A DNA stretch of 64,000 nucleotides from Pseudomonadota bacterium (GTDB taxonomy: Bacteria > Pseudomonadota > Gammaproteobacteria > SURF-13), in contig JBFLZV010000002.1 of NCBI GenBank assembly GCA_040756035.1, forward strand, positions 16,124-80,123. The letters run 5' to 3'. The notes below the pieces were generated by a model. That model did not search any database, was not told where the DNA came from, and worked only from the letters and a program-made list of their open reading frames with translations. Below are positions 44,114-53,764 of the stretch, piece after piece. A program made the position numbers and the translations under genes. Within the stretch, counting starts at the first letter, position 1, and every line of letters begins with the position of its first letter.

Positions 44114-45115
44114 ATGCCATCCAGTATATCACTAGATGCCGAAGAAACCGCGCCGCAACGGTTGACGGCGCGTATTCCCGCGCATTTGGCCGGGCGGCGC
44201 CTCGATCAGGCGCTGGCCGAGTTGTTCGCCGGCTACTCGCGCGCGCGCCTGCAGCAGTGGGTGCGCGGCGGGCAGGTGCGGGTGAACCGCGCGCAGTGGC
44301 GGCCGCGCGATAAGGTGCGCGGCGGCGAGACAGTGGAAATCTTGGCGAGTATGGCGCAGGAAACGCCATGGCAGCCAGAGGCGCTGGCGCTGGATATCGT
44401 CTACGAAGATACCGCGCTGCTGGTCATCAACAAGCCGCCCGGTTTGGTGGTGCACCCCGGCGCCGGAAATCGTGCGGGCACGTTGCTCAACGCGCTGCTG
44501 CATTACGCGCCGGAGCTGGCCGGCGTGCCGCGCGCCGGCATTGTGCATCGTTTAGATAAGGACACCAGCGGCTTGCTGGTGGTGGCGCGCGATTTGAGCG
44601 CGCAGAAAAATTTGGTCGAGCAGTTGCAGGCGCACACTGTGCGGCGCGAGTACGACGCGGTAGTGGTGGGCGTGATGACGGCGGGCGGGCGCGTCGATAG
44701 GGCGGTCGGCAGGCACCCGTCGCAGCGCACGCGCATGGCGGTGGCGCGGCCCGAGTCGAAGCGCGGCAAGCCCGCGGTCACGCATTACCGCGTGCTGGAG
44801 CGGTTTCGCGCGCACACCTATGTGCGCGCGCGCCTGGAAACCGGACGCACGCACCAAATCCGCGTGCACATGGCGCACATCCATCATCCACTGGTGGGCG
44901 ACCCGCTGTACGGCGGACGCCTGCGCATCCCCAAGGGCGCGAGTGAACAGCTCATCGACACCCTGCGCAATTTCAAGCGCCAGGCGCTGCACGCCGGCAG
45001 CTTGGGATTGATCCATCCGCGCAGCGGCGCGGCCATGCAGTGGTCGGCGCCGTTGCCCGCCGACATGGCGCGGTTACTGGAGGCGCTGCGCGCGGATGTT
45101 CAAGCCTCTTCTTGA
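44114..45115 (+). CDS. rluD: 23S rRNA pseudouridine(1911/1915/1917) synthase RluD
   Basis: S4 domain plus RluA-family catalytic domain (HRLDKDTSGLLVVA). Collinear with E. coli RluD. Confidence 0.9.
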   Translation: MPSSISLDAEETAPQRLTARIPAHLAGRRLDQALAELFAGYSRARLQQWVRGGQVRVNRAQWRPRDKVRGGETVEILASMAQETPWQPEALALDIVYEDTALLVINKPPGLVVHPGAGNRAGTLLNALLHYAPELAGVPRAGIVHRLDKDTSGLLVVARDLSAQKNLVEQLQAHTVRREYDAVVVGVMTAGGRVDRAVGRHPSQRTRMAVARPESKRGKPAVTHYRVLERFRAHTYVRARLETGRTHQIRVHMAHIHHPLVGDPLYGGRLRIPKGASEQLIDTLRNFKRQALHAGSLGLIHPRSGAAMQWSAPLPADMARLLEALRADVQASS

Positions 45116-45887
45116 TTTTGAACCAGAGCTGATCGTGCCGGACTGGCCCGCGCCCGCGTGCGTGCGCGCCTACAGCACCACGCGCCGCGGCGGCGTGAGT
45201 GCACCGCCCTACGGCGAGTTCAATCTCGCCGCGCACGTTGGCGATGACGTGCACGGCGTGCGGGAAAATCGCGCGCGTCTGGCGGCGCGGCTCGATTTGC
45301 CCGCGCCGCCGCTGTGGCTCGACCAAGTGCACGGCGCGCGCGTAGTCGATGCCGCCGCGACCGATGCGACACCGCAAGCGGATGCCGCGTACACCAGTGC
45401 GCCGCGCACGGTGTGCGCCGTGCTCACCGCCGATTGCCTGCCGCTGCTGCTGTGCGATCGCGCGGGCACGCGCGTGGCCGCCGTGCACGCCGGCTGGCGC
45501 GGGCTTGCGGCGGGCGTCATCGAGGCCACGCTGCGCGCCATGCAGATGCCTGGCAGCGAATTGCTGGCGTGGATGGGGCCGGCCATCGGGCCACGAGCGT
45601 TCGAGGTGGGCGGTGAAATGCGTGAATTGTTCGTGCGCCACGATGCGCACGCGGCGCGCGCCTTCCAGCCCGCGCCCGGACAAAAATGGTTGGCGGACAT
45701 TTACCAGCTCGCGCGCCTACGCCTCGCGGCGTGCGGTGTGCACGCGGTATACGGCGCGCGGTGGTGCACGGTGAGCGACGCGCGTTTCTATTCCTACCGG
45801 CGCGACGGGGTGACAGGGCGCATGGCGACGGTCATTTGGATGGAAGGCGTGAGGGGTGTGAGGCAGCCTTCGGCTGGTGAGGCGTGA
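45096..45887 (+). CDS. pgeF: YfiH/PgeF family purine-nucleoside phosphorylase / laccase-domain protein
   Basis: Aligns with E. coli YfiH (LIVPDWPAP..., CAVLTADCLP, HAGWRG, RMATVIWM). The 3' end runs into a palindromic element. Confidence 0.85.
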   Translation: MFKPLLDFEPELIVPDWPAPACVRAYSTTRRGGVSAPPYGEFNLAAHVGDDVHGVRENRARLAARLDLPAPPLWLDQVHGARVVDAAATDATPQADAAYTSAPRTVCAVLTADCLPLLLCDRAGTRVAAVHAGWRGLAAGVIEATLRAMQMPGSELLAWMGPAIGPRAFEVGGEMRELFVRHDAHAARAFQPAPGQKWLADIYQLARLRLAACGVHAVYGARWCTVSDARFYSYRRDGVTGRMATVIWMEGVRGVRQPSAGEA

Positions 45888-45940
45888 GGTGTTACTCCTC
45901 ACTTCTCACCGGTCTTTCTCTCCTCGCGCCTCACTTCCCC
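45847..45940. repeat. Family 2 palindromic element, copy E. Covers the 3' end of yfiH and the gap before zupT.
   Basis: GGCGTGAGGGGTGTGAGGCAGCCTTCGGCTGGTGAGGCGTGAGGTG ... TTACTCCTCACTTCTCACC...CCTCGCGCCTCACTTCCCC. Confidence 0.7.
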
Positions 45941-45978
45941 ATATGAGGTATCATAAACAATTTACCTAAGGGGACCCT

Positions 45979-46767
45979 ATGAACCTGCTGGCCTGGATTA
46001 TGCTGTTCAGCCTTATCGGTGGCGTGCTCAGCGTGCTGGCGGCGGGGGCTTTTCTATTATTCCCGGAGCGCTCGCGCATACGCCTGCTGCCGCATCTGGT
46101 CAGCTTCGCCGTCGGCGCGCTGCTCGGCGCGGCGTTTTTGGAACTGTTGCCGGAGGCCATGGAGAGCCCGCACGTCACTACGCAGCAAGTCGGCGCGGCG
46201 GTGTTGATCGGACTGCTGATTTTTTTCGTGCTGGAAAAAATTGTGCTGTGGCGCCACTCGCACGCCGACTCCCCGGAGTGCGCCGCGACGCCGGGTCACG
46301 CGCACCACCATCCGCCGCTGCGCGCGGCCGGCATTCTCATCGTGATCGGCGACGCCATTCACAACTTCGTCGACGGCATACTCATCGCGGCGGCGTTTCT
46401 CACCGACGTGCGCTTAGGAATCATCACCAGCCTGGCCGTCGCCGCACACGAAATTCCGCAGGAGGTGGGCGACTTCGCCATTCTACTGCACAGTGGCTAT
46501 AGCCGCGCCAAGGCGCTGTTCTACAATATTCTGTCGAGCGTCACCACCATCATCGGCGCGCTGCTGGCTTATTACAGCCTTGCCGGCTTGGAGCAAGTGG
46601 TGCCGTTCGTGCTGGCGATCGCGGCGGCCAGTTTTATTTACATCGCCGTCGCGGATTTGTTGCCCGACCTGCACCAGCGCGCGCAGAGGCGCGCGTCGCT
46701 GCAGCAGTTCGCGCTGATCGGTTTGGGCATCGCGTTGATTTACGCGGCGGAAGTGGTTTTGCATTAA
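45979..46767 (+). CDS. zupT: ZIP-family zinc transporter (ZupT-like)
   Basis: 262-aa polytopic protein with the ZIP signature HNFVDGILIAAAF...HEIPQEVGDFAIL. Confidence 0.8.
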   Translation: MNLLAWIMLFSLIGGVLSVLAAGAFLLFPERSRIRLLPHLVSFAVGALLGAAFLELLPEAMESPHVTTQQVGAAVLIGLLIFFVLEKIVLWRHSHADSPECAATPGHAHHHPPLRAAGILIVIGDAIHNFVDGILIAAAFLTDVRLGIITSLAVAAHEIPQEVGDFAILLHSGYSRAKALFYNILSSVTTIIGALLAYYSLAGLEQVVPFVLAIAAASFIYIAVADLLPDLHQRAQRRASLQQFALIGLGIALIYAAEVVLH

Positions 46768-46855
46768 GGGTGATGGGTAATGAGTAAAAACCATCACCCA
46801 TCACCCATCACCCATACCCATCATCCATCACTCATCACTCATTGACTCATTACCC
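46768..46855. repeat. Family 2 palindromic element, copy F, between convergent zupT and cydB. It contains the cydB C-terminus and stop.
   Basis: GGGTGATGGGTAATGAGTAAAAACC ... ATCACCCATCACCCATCACCCATACCCATCATCCATCACTCATCACTCATTGACTCATTACCC. Confidence 0.75.
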
Positions 46856-47865
46856 GTCCCGTAGCCTTCACCCTCGCGCACTTTCCCGCGGAACACTAAA
46901 TACTGATAGCCGTTGTACACCAGCATGACCGGAATGAGCATACCGATGCCGGGCAGCATGAACACCAGCGTGCGCGGCGAGGCGGCGGCTTCCAGCAGTG
47001 TGATATCGGGCGGCACGATCACCGGATACAAGCTCGCCGCCAGGCCCGCGAACGAGCATGCGAAGATCAGCAGGCTCCAGGCAAACGGCGCGCGCTCGTA
47101 GCCGCGCGCGAGCGCACGCAGCAGCATGAAAAATGCGAACAGGGCGAGCGCGGGCAGCGGTGCGATCAGGAAAAAATTCGGCAGGCTGAACCATTTTTCG
47201 GCGATGTCGGGAAATTTCAGCGGCGTCCAAATCGTCACGCCCACCGCGGCGAGCAGCATCAGCCAGCCGGACGCGCGCGCGTAGCGCACGCTGCGCCGTT
47301 GCACCGCGCCGGTGGTTTTGAGTATCAGCCAGGTTGCGCCGAGCAAGGTGTAGCCGCATAGCACGCCGACGACAACCAGCAGCGTGAACGGCGTGAGCCA
47401 ATCCCACACGCCGCCGGCGTAGGCGCGGTCTTGCACGCGCAGCCCGCTGAGCAGACCGCCCAGGATCATGCCCTGCGCGAGCGCGGCGAGCAGGCTGCCC
47501 AGGCCGAACGACCAGCCCCACAGGCCCTTGCGTGGCGCGTGTTCGTGAAATTCAAACGCCACGCCGCGCAAGATGAATCCCAGCAGCATGAGCATGACGG
47601 GGATGTAGAGCGCGTGCAGGATCACGCCGAACGCCAGCGGAAACGCGCCGAACAGCGCGCCGGCCAGCAGCACCAGCCACGTTTCGTTGGCGCCCCACAC
47701 GCTGCCGATGCTGGACATCAGCGCCGCTTGCTGCGTCTCGTTGCGCGCGCCCAGCGCGAGTATGCCCACGCCGAGGTCGAAGCCGTCGGACATTACGTAC
47801 AGCACCAGAATCAGGCCGAGGAGAAAAAACCAGATATTCACGAGTAGCGGCAGTGTGCTGTCCAT
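46828..47865 (-). CDS. cydB: Cytochrome bd-type quinol oxidase subunit II
   Basis: 345-aa polytopic protein with the CydB signature. Its last ~9 codons and stop lie inside a palindromic repeat. Confidence 0.85.
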   Translation of the reverse strand: MDSTLPLLVNIWFFLLGLILVLYVMSDGFDLGVGILALGARNETQQAALMSSIGSVWGANETWLVLLAGALFGAFPLAFGVILHALYIPVMLMLLGFILRGVAFEFHEHAPRKGLWGWSFGLGSLLAALAQGMILGGLLSGLRVQDRAYAGGVWDWLTPFTLLVVVGVLCGYTLLGATWLILKTTGAVQRRSVRYARASGWLMLLAAVGVTIWTPLKFPDIAEKWFSLPNFFLIAPLPALALFAFFMLLRALARGYERAPFAWSLLIFACSFAGLAASLYPVIVPPDITLLEAAASPRTLVFMLPGIGMLIPVMLVYNGYQYLVFRGKVREGEGYGTGNESMSDE

Positions 47866-47889
47866 GCTTATTCCTGGTGCAGCCGTTTA

Positions 47890-49269
47890 TCACCCGGCGC
47901 GGTGCGCAGCGCCGGGCGGATGTTCGGGCGCGGGCAATGTGAGATCGGGGCCGCGCAGCACGATGCGCCGCGCGAAATATAAGAAGAACGCCAGCAGCGC
48001 GGTATACAGCAGGCCATAGCCGAGCAGTGTGGCGCCGACGGTTTCCGGCGGCAGGCGCGAGGCCATGTCGCGCGTGCGCAGCCAATCCTGCACCAGCCAC
48101 GGCTGACGCCCCACCTCGCGCGTGATCCAGCCCATGTGGATGGCGATGTAACCGAGCGGAATGGCGTACAGCCAGGCGCGCAGCAGCGCGGTCTGCGCGC
48201 CGATGCACTGCGCGTCGAGCTGTCCGCGCCGCCACGCCCAGGCGCTCCACAGCGTCAACGCGAGCAACGCGAAGCCGATCAGCACCATGACGCGAAAGCT
48301 GTAGAACACCAGCCACACCGGCGGCTGATCTTCAGGAGGAAATTCGCGTAGGCCTTGCACTTCGCCGGTGAGCGAGCGGGTGTTGAGCAGACTCAGCAGC
48401 GCGGGAATTTCAATGGCCCAGGTGTTTTTCTGGCGCGCCTGGTCGGGCCAGGCGATGACCGCCCACGGCGCGCCTTGCCCGGGGGGGTTGGTGTGCCAAT
48501 GACCCTCCATGGCCGCGAGCTTGGCCGGCTGGTGCGCGGCGACCGTCAAACCGCTCACGTCGCCGAGCATGATTTGTAAGGGGGTGATGAGTATCGCGCT
48601 GAACAACGCGATGCGAAAACTTTTGTGAAAAAATTCGACGTGCCGGTTTTTCAAAATGTACCAGGCGCTGATACCGCCCACCACGAACAGGCTGGTTTCC
48701 AGACACGCCACCCACATGTGCGCGACGCTGCTGAACGTGGCGGGATTGAAAATGGCGTCGAAATAGCTGTCCACGACCACCCGCCCGTTTTCCAGATGCG
48801 CGCCGCGCGGTGTTTGCAGCCAGGCGTTGGCGGTCATGATCCAGAACGCCGACAGCGAGGCGCCGAATGCGACCATGCAGGTGGCGAAGAAGTGCATGCC
48901 CGGCGCGACGCGCTTCCAGCCGAGCAGCATGATGCCGAGGAAGCCGGCCTCCAGCATGAACGCCATAGCCGCCTCGAAGCCCAGGATGTTGCCGACGAAG
49001 TCGCCGCTGGCCGCGGAGAACGGCGCCCAGTTGGCGCCGAGCTGGAATTGCAGCGGGATGCCGGTGACCACGCCCACGCCGAAGTTGAGGGCGAACAGTT
49101 TGGTCCAGAAACGCGCGTGGTGATAGTAGGCCGGGTTGCGTGTCTTCAGCCACAGCGCCTCGACCGTCACCAGGAAAATGCTCAAGCCGATGGTGAGTGC
49201 GGGCCAGATGATGTGAAACAGCGAGGTCAGCCCGAACAGCAGCCGCGACAAAAAGACGTGATCGTCCAT
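47890..49269 (-). CDS. cydA: Cytochrome bd-type quinol oxidase subunit I (short Q-loop, CioA-like)
   Basis: 459 aa with the CydA haem-ligand motifs (GW...H, Q-loop region). Confidence 0.9.
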   Translation of the reverse strand: MDDHVFLSRLLFGLTSLFHIIWPALTIGLSIFLVTVEALWLKTRNPAYYHHARFWTKLFALNFGVGVVTGIPLQFQLGANWAPFSAASGDFVGNILGFEAAMAFMLEAGFLGIMLLGWKRVAPGMHFFATCMVAFGASLSAFWIMTANAWLQTPRGAHLENGRVVVDSYFDAIFNPATFSSVAHMWVACLETSLFVVGGISAWYILKNRHVEFFHKSFRIALFSAILITPLQIMLGDVSGLTVAAHQPAKLAAMEGHWHTNPPGQGAPWAVIAWPDQARQKNTWAIEIPALLSLLNTRSLTGEVQGLREFPPEDQPPVWLVFYSFRVMVLIGFALLALTLWSAWAWRRGQLDAQCIGAQTALLRAWLYAIPLGYIAIHMGWITREVGRQPWLVQDWLRTRDMASRLPPETVGATLLGYGLLYTALLAFFLYFARRIVLRGPDLTLPAPEHPPGAAHRAG

Positions 49270-49311
49270 GCGCCACCATGAAGTTCCGCGCGGGAACGCG
49301 GCAGAAAGCCT

Positions 49312-49347
49312 CCCTCATCCCTCTTCCAACGGAAGAGGGATGAGGGG
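49312..49347 (-). terminator. Strong 16-bp stem-loop (CCCTCATCCCTCTTCC-AACG-GGAAGAGGGATGAGGG) between the lipoprotein gene and cydA
   Basis: The perfect 16-bp inverted repeat was read directly. No strong U-tract is present, so this may be a terminator, attenuator or RNA-stability hairpin. Confidence 0.35.
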
Positions 49348-49363
49348 CGGATGTATCAAACTA

Positions 49364-49732
49364 CTACTGGATAGTCCAGGTCGCCGCTTGGTCGCCGGCC
49401 AGCGTGACGGTGCCTTCCGGGCTGTGCGTCTTGGCGGCGTCGCTGGCGGTCAGTTTCACTTGCGTGCCGGCGGGCGCGTTGACGTCGAAGGTCTTGGTCT
49501 CGTTGGGTTTGACCGTGCCCAATTCCTTCTGGCCCTGACCCCAGTCGGCGCTGACGGTCATGTCGTGCGGCATGGGGTTGGTGACGACGATCTGCGCGCC
49601 GGCGGCTTGGCTTGCCCCCATGCGCGCGCTTTCGCCGCCGCTGGTGCCGGCGCTGTTGGTGGGTTGGCAAGCGGCGCCGAAGCCGCCCAGCGCGGCGATG
49701 AACAGGATGGTAAACAAGCGTTGATTATGCAT
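49364..49732 (-). CDS. Hypothetical secreted/lipoprotein
   Basis: 122 aa. N-terminal signal with a possible lipobox (GAAC), then a Thr/Ala/Gly-rich beta-like domain. No family recognised. Confidence 0.4.
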   Translation of the reverse strand: MHNQRLFTILFIAALGGFGAACQPTNSAGTSGGESARMGASQAAGAQIVVTNPMPHDMTVSADWGQGQKELGTVKPNETKTFDVNAPAGTQVKLTASDAAKTHSPEGTVTLAGDQAATWTIQ

Positions 49733-49804
49733 AGTAATGCCTCCTTTTCTAGTGTGAACTTAATCTTGGGAATTTAACTTTATGGCTCCCGGCGTTATGC
49801 CGTC

Positions 49805-51703
49805 TCAATGCGTAATCAGTGACTTTACCGCGCGCACGACGGCGGCGGCGTCGATGCCGTAGGCGGCCAGCAGTTCCGCCGGTTTGCCGGAGCGCGGCAT
49901 GTCGCGCACCGCCAGGCTGTGCACGCGGATGCCGAACGGCGCCACCGCCCCGGCCACCGCCTCGCCGATGCCGCCGGCGGGTGCGTGATCTTCCACGGTA
50001 ACGATGAGGTTGTGCGTCTCCTGGCCGGCGCTGCACAGCGTTTGCGCGTCGAGCGGCTGCACGGAGAACACATCGATGACGCGCACGCCGATGCCCTCGC
50101 GTTTTAATTCCTCGTGCGCCTTGAGCACTTCGAACAGCGTCACGCCGCCGCTCACCACGGTAACCCGGTCAGCGCCGCTCGTCCGCAACACTTTGACCTG
50201 GCCGACGGCGAACGGTTCATCGGGCGGATAGAGCAGCGGCGTCTTGGGGCGGCTGGTGCGGATGTACACGATGCCGTCGTGCGCGGCGGCCAATTGCACG
50301 GCGGCGCGCGCCGCCACGGCGTCGGACGGATAGAGCACCACGGCGCCGTGCACGGCGCGCAGCATGGCGATGTCTTCCAGGCCCATTTGCGAGGGGCCGT
50401 CCTCGCCGATGGAGACGCCGGCGTGCGAACCGCACAGTTTGATGTTGGCGCGCGAGATGGCGGCCATGCGGATTTGGTCGTAGGCGCGCGTGAGGAAGCA
50501 GGCGAAGGTGGAGGCGAACGGAATCTTGCCGAGCGCCGCGAGACCGACCGCGGCGCTTACCATATTTTGCTCGGCGATGAACGCCTCGAAATAACGTTGC
50601 GGATGTGCCTTGGCGAATTTTTCCGCGAACGTGGAATTTTTGGTGTCGCCGTCCAGCGCCGTGACGCGCGGGTTGGCGGCGCCCAGCCACGCCAGGGCGT
50701 CGCCGTAGGCTTCGCGCGTGGCCGTTTCGTGATCGGGCGCGTAGGCGGGCGCCGGCGGCGCGTCTTGAGCGCTGGCTACCGGCTGGAGGGTGCGTCCTTG
50801 CGGCGACTGCACGTTCAAGTCCTCCATGGTAAAGCCGTCTAGATCGGGATCGGCGCGGCGCAGTTCGGCGAGCGCGGCGTCCAGTTCGTCCGGCTTGAGC
50901 GCGCGGCCGTGCCACTGGTCGCGGCCTTCGGTGAGCGCCACGCCTTTGCCTTTTTGGGTGGCGGCGACTAGCGCCGCGGGCCGGCCGCGCACCGCGGCGG
51001 CCTCGTCCAGCGCCACGACGATGTCTTGCATGGTGTGGCCGTCGATGGCGCGCGCGTGCCAGCCGAACGCTTCAAGGCGGCAGCGGTAAGCTTCCACGTC
51101 GCGCCCGTACATGGTGGCCTGGCTCTGGCCGAGGCCGTTGATGTCGAACAGCGCCACCAGGTTATCGAGCTTGTAGTGCGCGGCCAATTCCACCGCCTCC
51201 CACACCGCGCCCTCAGCCGCCTCGCCGTCGCCCAGCAGCACGAACACGCGATAGCCGCTGCGGTCGAGATATTTACTATTGAGCGCCATACCGACGCCGC
51301 ACGACAGGCCCTGGCCGAGCGAACCGGTGGCCACGTCGACCCACGGCAGGCGCGGCGTAGGGTGGCCTTCCAGGTCGCTGTCGAAGCGGCGCAAGGTGCT
51401 GAGATGTTCGTGCGGAAACGCACCCGCCGCCGCCCAGGCCGCATACAGTAGCGGCGCGGCGTGGCCCTTGGATAATATAAAACGGTCGTTGAGTGGATTG
51501 TGCGGGTGCGCCACGTCGTAGCGCATGGCGTGGAAAAACACCGCAGCCACTAGATCCGCCGCCGACATGCACGAGGTGGGATGCCCGGAGCCCGCCGCCG
51601 TGGTGGCGGTCAGGGAGTCGACGCGCAGTTTGTTGCCGAGCGTGGCGAGCTTGCGCAGCCGGTCGTGCTGCACGGTGGTTTCTCTGCGTACGTTAGAAGG
51701 CAT
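49805..51703 (-). CDS. tkt: Transketolase (single-chain)
   Basis: 632 aa with a TPP-binding N-domain (GHPxxxxxxGxxxxTGSLGQG, GDG), a Pyr domain and a C-domain. Confidence 0.9.
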   Translation of the reverse strand: MPSNVRRETTVQHDRLRKLATLGNKLRVDSLTATTAAGSGHPTSCMSAADLVAAVFFHAMRYDVAHPHNPLNDRFILSKGHAAPLLYAAWAAAGAFPHEHLSTLRRFDSDLEGHPTPRLPWVDVATGSLGQGLSCGVGMALNSKYLDRSGYRVFVLLGDGEAAEGAVWEAVELAAHYKLDNLVALFDINGLGQSQATMYGRDVEAYRCRLEAFGWHARAIDGHTMQDIVVALDEAAAVRGRPAALVAATQKGKGVALTEGRDQWHGRALKPDELDAALAELRRADPDLDGFTMEDLNVQSPQGRTLQPVASAQDAPPAPAYAPDHETATREAYGDALAWLGAANPRVTALDGDTKNSTFAEKFAKAHPQRYFEAFIAEQNMVSAAVGLAALGKIPFASTFACFLTRAYDQIRMAAISRANIKLCGSHAGVSIGEDGPSQMGLEDIAMLRAVHGAVVLYPSDAVAARAAVQLAAAHDGIVYIRTSRPKTPLLYPPDEPFAVGQVKVLRTSGADRVTVVSGGVTLFEVLKAHEELKREGIGVRVIDVFSVQPLDAQTLCSAGQETHNLIVTVEDHAPAGGIGEAVAGAVAPFGIRVHSLAVRDMPRSGKPAELLAAYGIDAAAVVRAVKSLITH

Positions 51704-51947
51704 AGCGGTCCGACACGCCGTAGCGGTCGTATACGGCGTCGCGCGGCAAGCTCAGGACGATGAGCTCCGCACCGACCGCGACGTCGATGATCCACACCGG
51801 ATCGCGCACGGCGTCCAGCAGCAGCCACGGCGCGACGATGACCCGGGCGCTGAACAGAATATTGATGAAGCGCACGCCGCGTGCCGCCATCAGCCACATA
51901 CCCGGCACACTATTGAGGTAGTGCCCCCAATGCGCACCCTGCATCAT
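51693..51947 (-). CDS. Hypothetical small membrane protein. This is a weak call.
   Basis: An ORF with two hydrophobic stretches. It overlaps the tkt start by 11 nt, and the upstream part overlaps the epimerase gene. The start was chosen at an internal Met. Confidence 0.2.
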   Translation of the reverse strand: MMQGAHWGHYLNSVPGMWLMAARGVRFINILFSARVIVAPWLLLDAVRDPVWIIDVAVGAELIVLSLPRDAVYDRYGVSDRYAF

Positions 51948-51988
51948 GTCGCGTTGAGAGGTGGCAGGCATCATGGCGGGGACGTCCC

Positions 51989-53113
51989 TCATCGCGACTG
52001 TCCGTGCGGCGCAACGCCGGGCCGCGGACCGGCTGCCGGGCGCGCGACGCGCTCCATCCAATCGGGGGGCGTAAGTTGATTAGCGCGATACCAGGCCAAT
52101 GGGTCGGCCTTGAGCGTCGCCACCATATGCGGCAATGTAGCGCGCAGCGTGCGGCGTGGTTCCCAGCCGAGCACCGTGCGCGCGCGCGTGATATCGAGCG
52201 CATAGTGGTCGTCGGCCACGTCGATCATCCACGGCTTGATGAACGGCTCCTCGCCGGGCAGCGCATCTTCCAGCCAGGCGCCGGTCTTGGCCAGCGCCTT
52301 GGGAATTTCATGCGTGGTGAATTCCTCGCCGTGGATGAGCACGCCGAGGCGGCGTTGCAGCTCCTCGTAGCTGACCGTGTCCGGTTCGCCCACCAGCAGC
52401 GGCAGTTCCGGCGGCAGCACGGCGCGGCGTTCGATGAGCAGGAACAAGGCGTCCAGTAGATCGTCGAGATGCAGCGTCGCCTGCCCGTGCGTGGAATCGC
52501 CGGGAAACACCGAGCGCAATATCTGGCGCTCGTAGATGCGCTGTATCTGATGCGCGAGCGTCGGCAAATGGCAGTATTCGTCGTATACGCCGGCGATGCG
52601 CAGCAGCACCGCGGGGATGGCGCCGCGCTGCGCGCGGATCAACTGCTCCGCTTCTAATTTGGACTGCGGGTAGGCCCATTTGGGCTCCAACGGCCAGTCT
52701 TCGTTGATGGTTTGACCGGGCGCGCAGGGCGCATGCACCAGCATGGTGCTGGCGAAGAGGAATTGACCGACGTCTTGGAATTCCTGCAGGGCGTGCAGCA
52801 AATGCCCGGTGCCGTGCACGGTGACGGCGTCGTACAAGGGACTGGGCTCGCCACTGAAGTCGTAATAACCGGCGAGGTGCACCACGCTGGCGATGTGCTC
52901 GCCGTGCAGGCGGCGGATCTCGTGTAGCGTGCGCCGCACCTGCTCGCGCGAGGCGATGTCGACGACGAAGTTGGCGCCACCGGGCGGCAGGTGCGCTGGA
53001 CGGCGGCGGTCGAGCGCGATGACGTTATAGCGTTCCGCCGCGCGCTGGCACAACGCGGCGCCGATCAGGCCGCTGCTGCCGGTGACAATGAGGGTGTCCT
53101 TACCACTTGGCAT
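51989..53113 (-). CDS. NAD-dependent epimerase/dehydratase family protein (extended SDR)
   Basis: TGSSGLIG Rossmann motif and a YxxxK catalytic dyad region. Confidence 0.8.
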   Translation of the reverse strand: MPSGKDTLIVTGSSGLIGAALCQRAAERYNVIALDRRRPAHLPPGGANFVVDIASREQVRRTLHEIRRLHGEHIASVVHLAGYYDFSGEPSPLYDAVTVHGTGHLLHALQEFQDVGQFLFASTMLVHAPCAPGQTINEDWPLEPKWAYPQSKLEAEQLIRAQRGAIPAVLLRIAGVYDEYCHLPTLAHQIQRIYERQILRSVFPGDSTHGQATLHLDDLLDALFLLIERRAVLPPELPLLVGEPDTVSYEELQRRLGVLIHGEEFTTHEIPKALAKTGAWLEDALPGEEPFIKPWMIDVADDHYALDITRARTVLGWEPRRTLRATLPHMVATLKADPLAWYRANQLTPPDWMERVARPAAGPRPGVAPHGQSR

Positions 53114-53128
53114 GGATTCTCCCTATAT

Positions 53129-53212
53129 GTGAGGCGTGAGGGGTGAGGAGAAAAACCCCTGCTCGGAATACATGATTTTTTACTCCTCACACCCCTCTTC
53201 TTACCCCTCACC
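53129..53212. repeat. Family 2 palindromic element, copy G, between the epimerase gene and the CBS gene
   Basis: GTGAGGCGTGAGGGGTGAGGAGAAAAACCCC ... TTTTTTACTCCTCACACCCCTCTTCTTACCCCTCACC. Confidence 0.75.
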
Positions 53213-53219
53213 GGCCGGC

Positions 53220-53672
53220 TTACATCTTGGCGTGCGGCGCGGCGTGATGATGGGGCTGGGAAATCTCGCGCACCACGCCGGCGATTTCCTCGTCGGAGGC
53301 CTTGCGCGCCAGGTTCGCCTGCGTGACGATGCCGCAACAACGGCCTTGCTTGTCGAGCACGATGACGCGCCGGATTTGGTGTTCCTTCATCAATTCCTCG
53401 CAGTCATCGAGACTTTCTTGCTCGCCGATGGTGATGGGTGGTTGCGACATGCACTCGCCGGCGGTCATGCCCAGCGGATTCTTACCCTGCGCCACGGCGC
53501 GCACTGTGATATCGCGGTCGGTGATCATGCCCACCGGCTTCATATCCTGCATGGAGTTGACCACCGGAATGGCCCCGCAATCATTCTCCACCATCATGCG
53601 CGCCACATCCTGCAGGCTGGTGTCCGGCGTACAGCACGCCGGGTCTCTGCTCATTACGTCTGCTACGTTCAT
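53220..53672 (-). CDS. CBS domain pair protein
   Basis: 150 aa with two CBS motifs. GGAGG Shine-Dalgarno upstream of the ATG at 53672. Confidence 0.8.
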   Translation of the reverse strand: MNVADVMSRDPACCTPDTSLQDVARMMVENDCGAIPVVNSMQDMKPVGMITDRDITVRAVAQGKNPLGMTAGECMSQPPITIGEQESLDDCEELMKEHQIRRVIVLDKQGRCCGIVTQANLARKASDEEIAGVVREISQPHHHAAPHAKM

Positions 53673-53692
53673 CGTGCACCTCCTTGTTAAAA

Positions 53693-53764
53693 GCAGTTAC
53701 AAGTGACGAGTTGCAAGTTACAAGAAAAACATTAAGCGGTTTTTTATCTTGTCACTTGTAACTG
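53693..53764. repeat. Family 3 palindromic element, copy K, between the CBS gene start and the dienelactone hydrolase stop. It encodes the hydrolase C-terminus.
   Basis: GCAGTTACAAGTGACGAGTTGCAAGTTACAAG ... TCTTGTCACTTGTAACTG. Confidence 0.7.
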
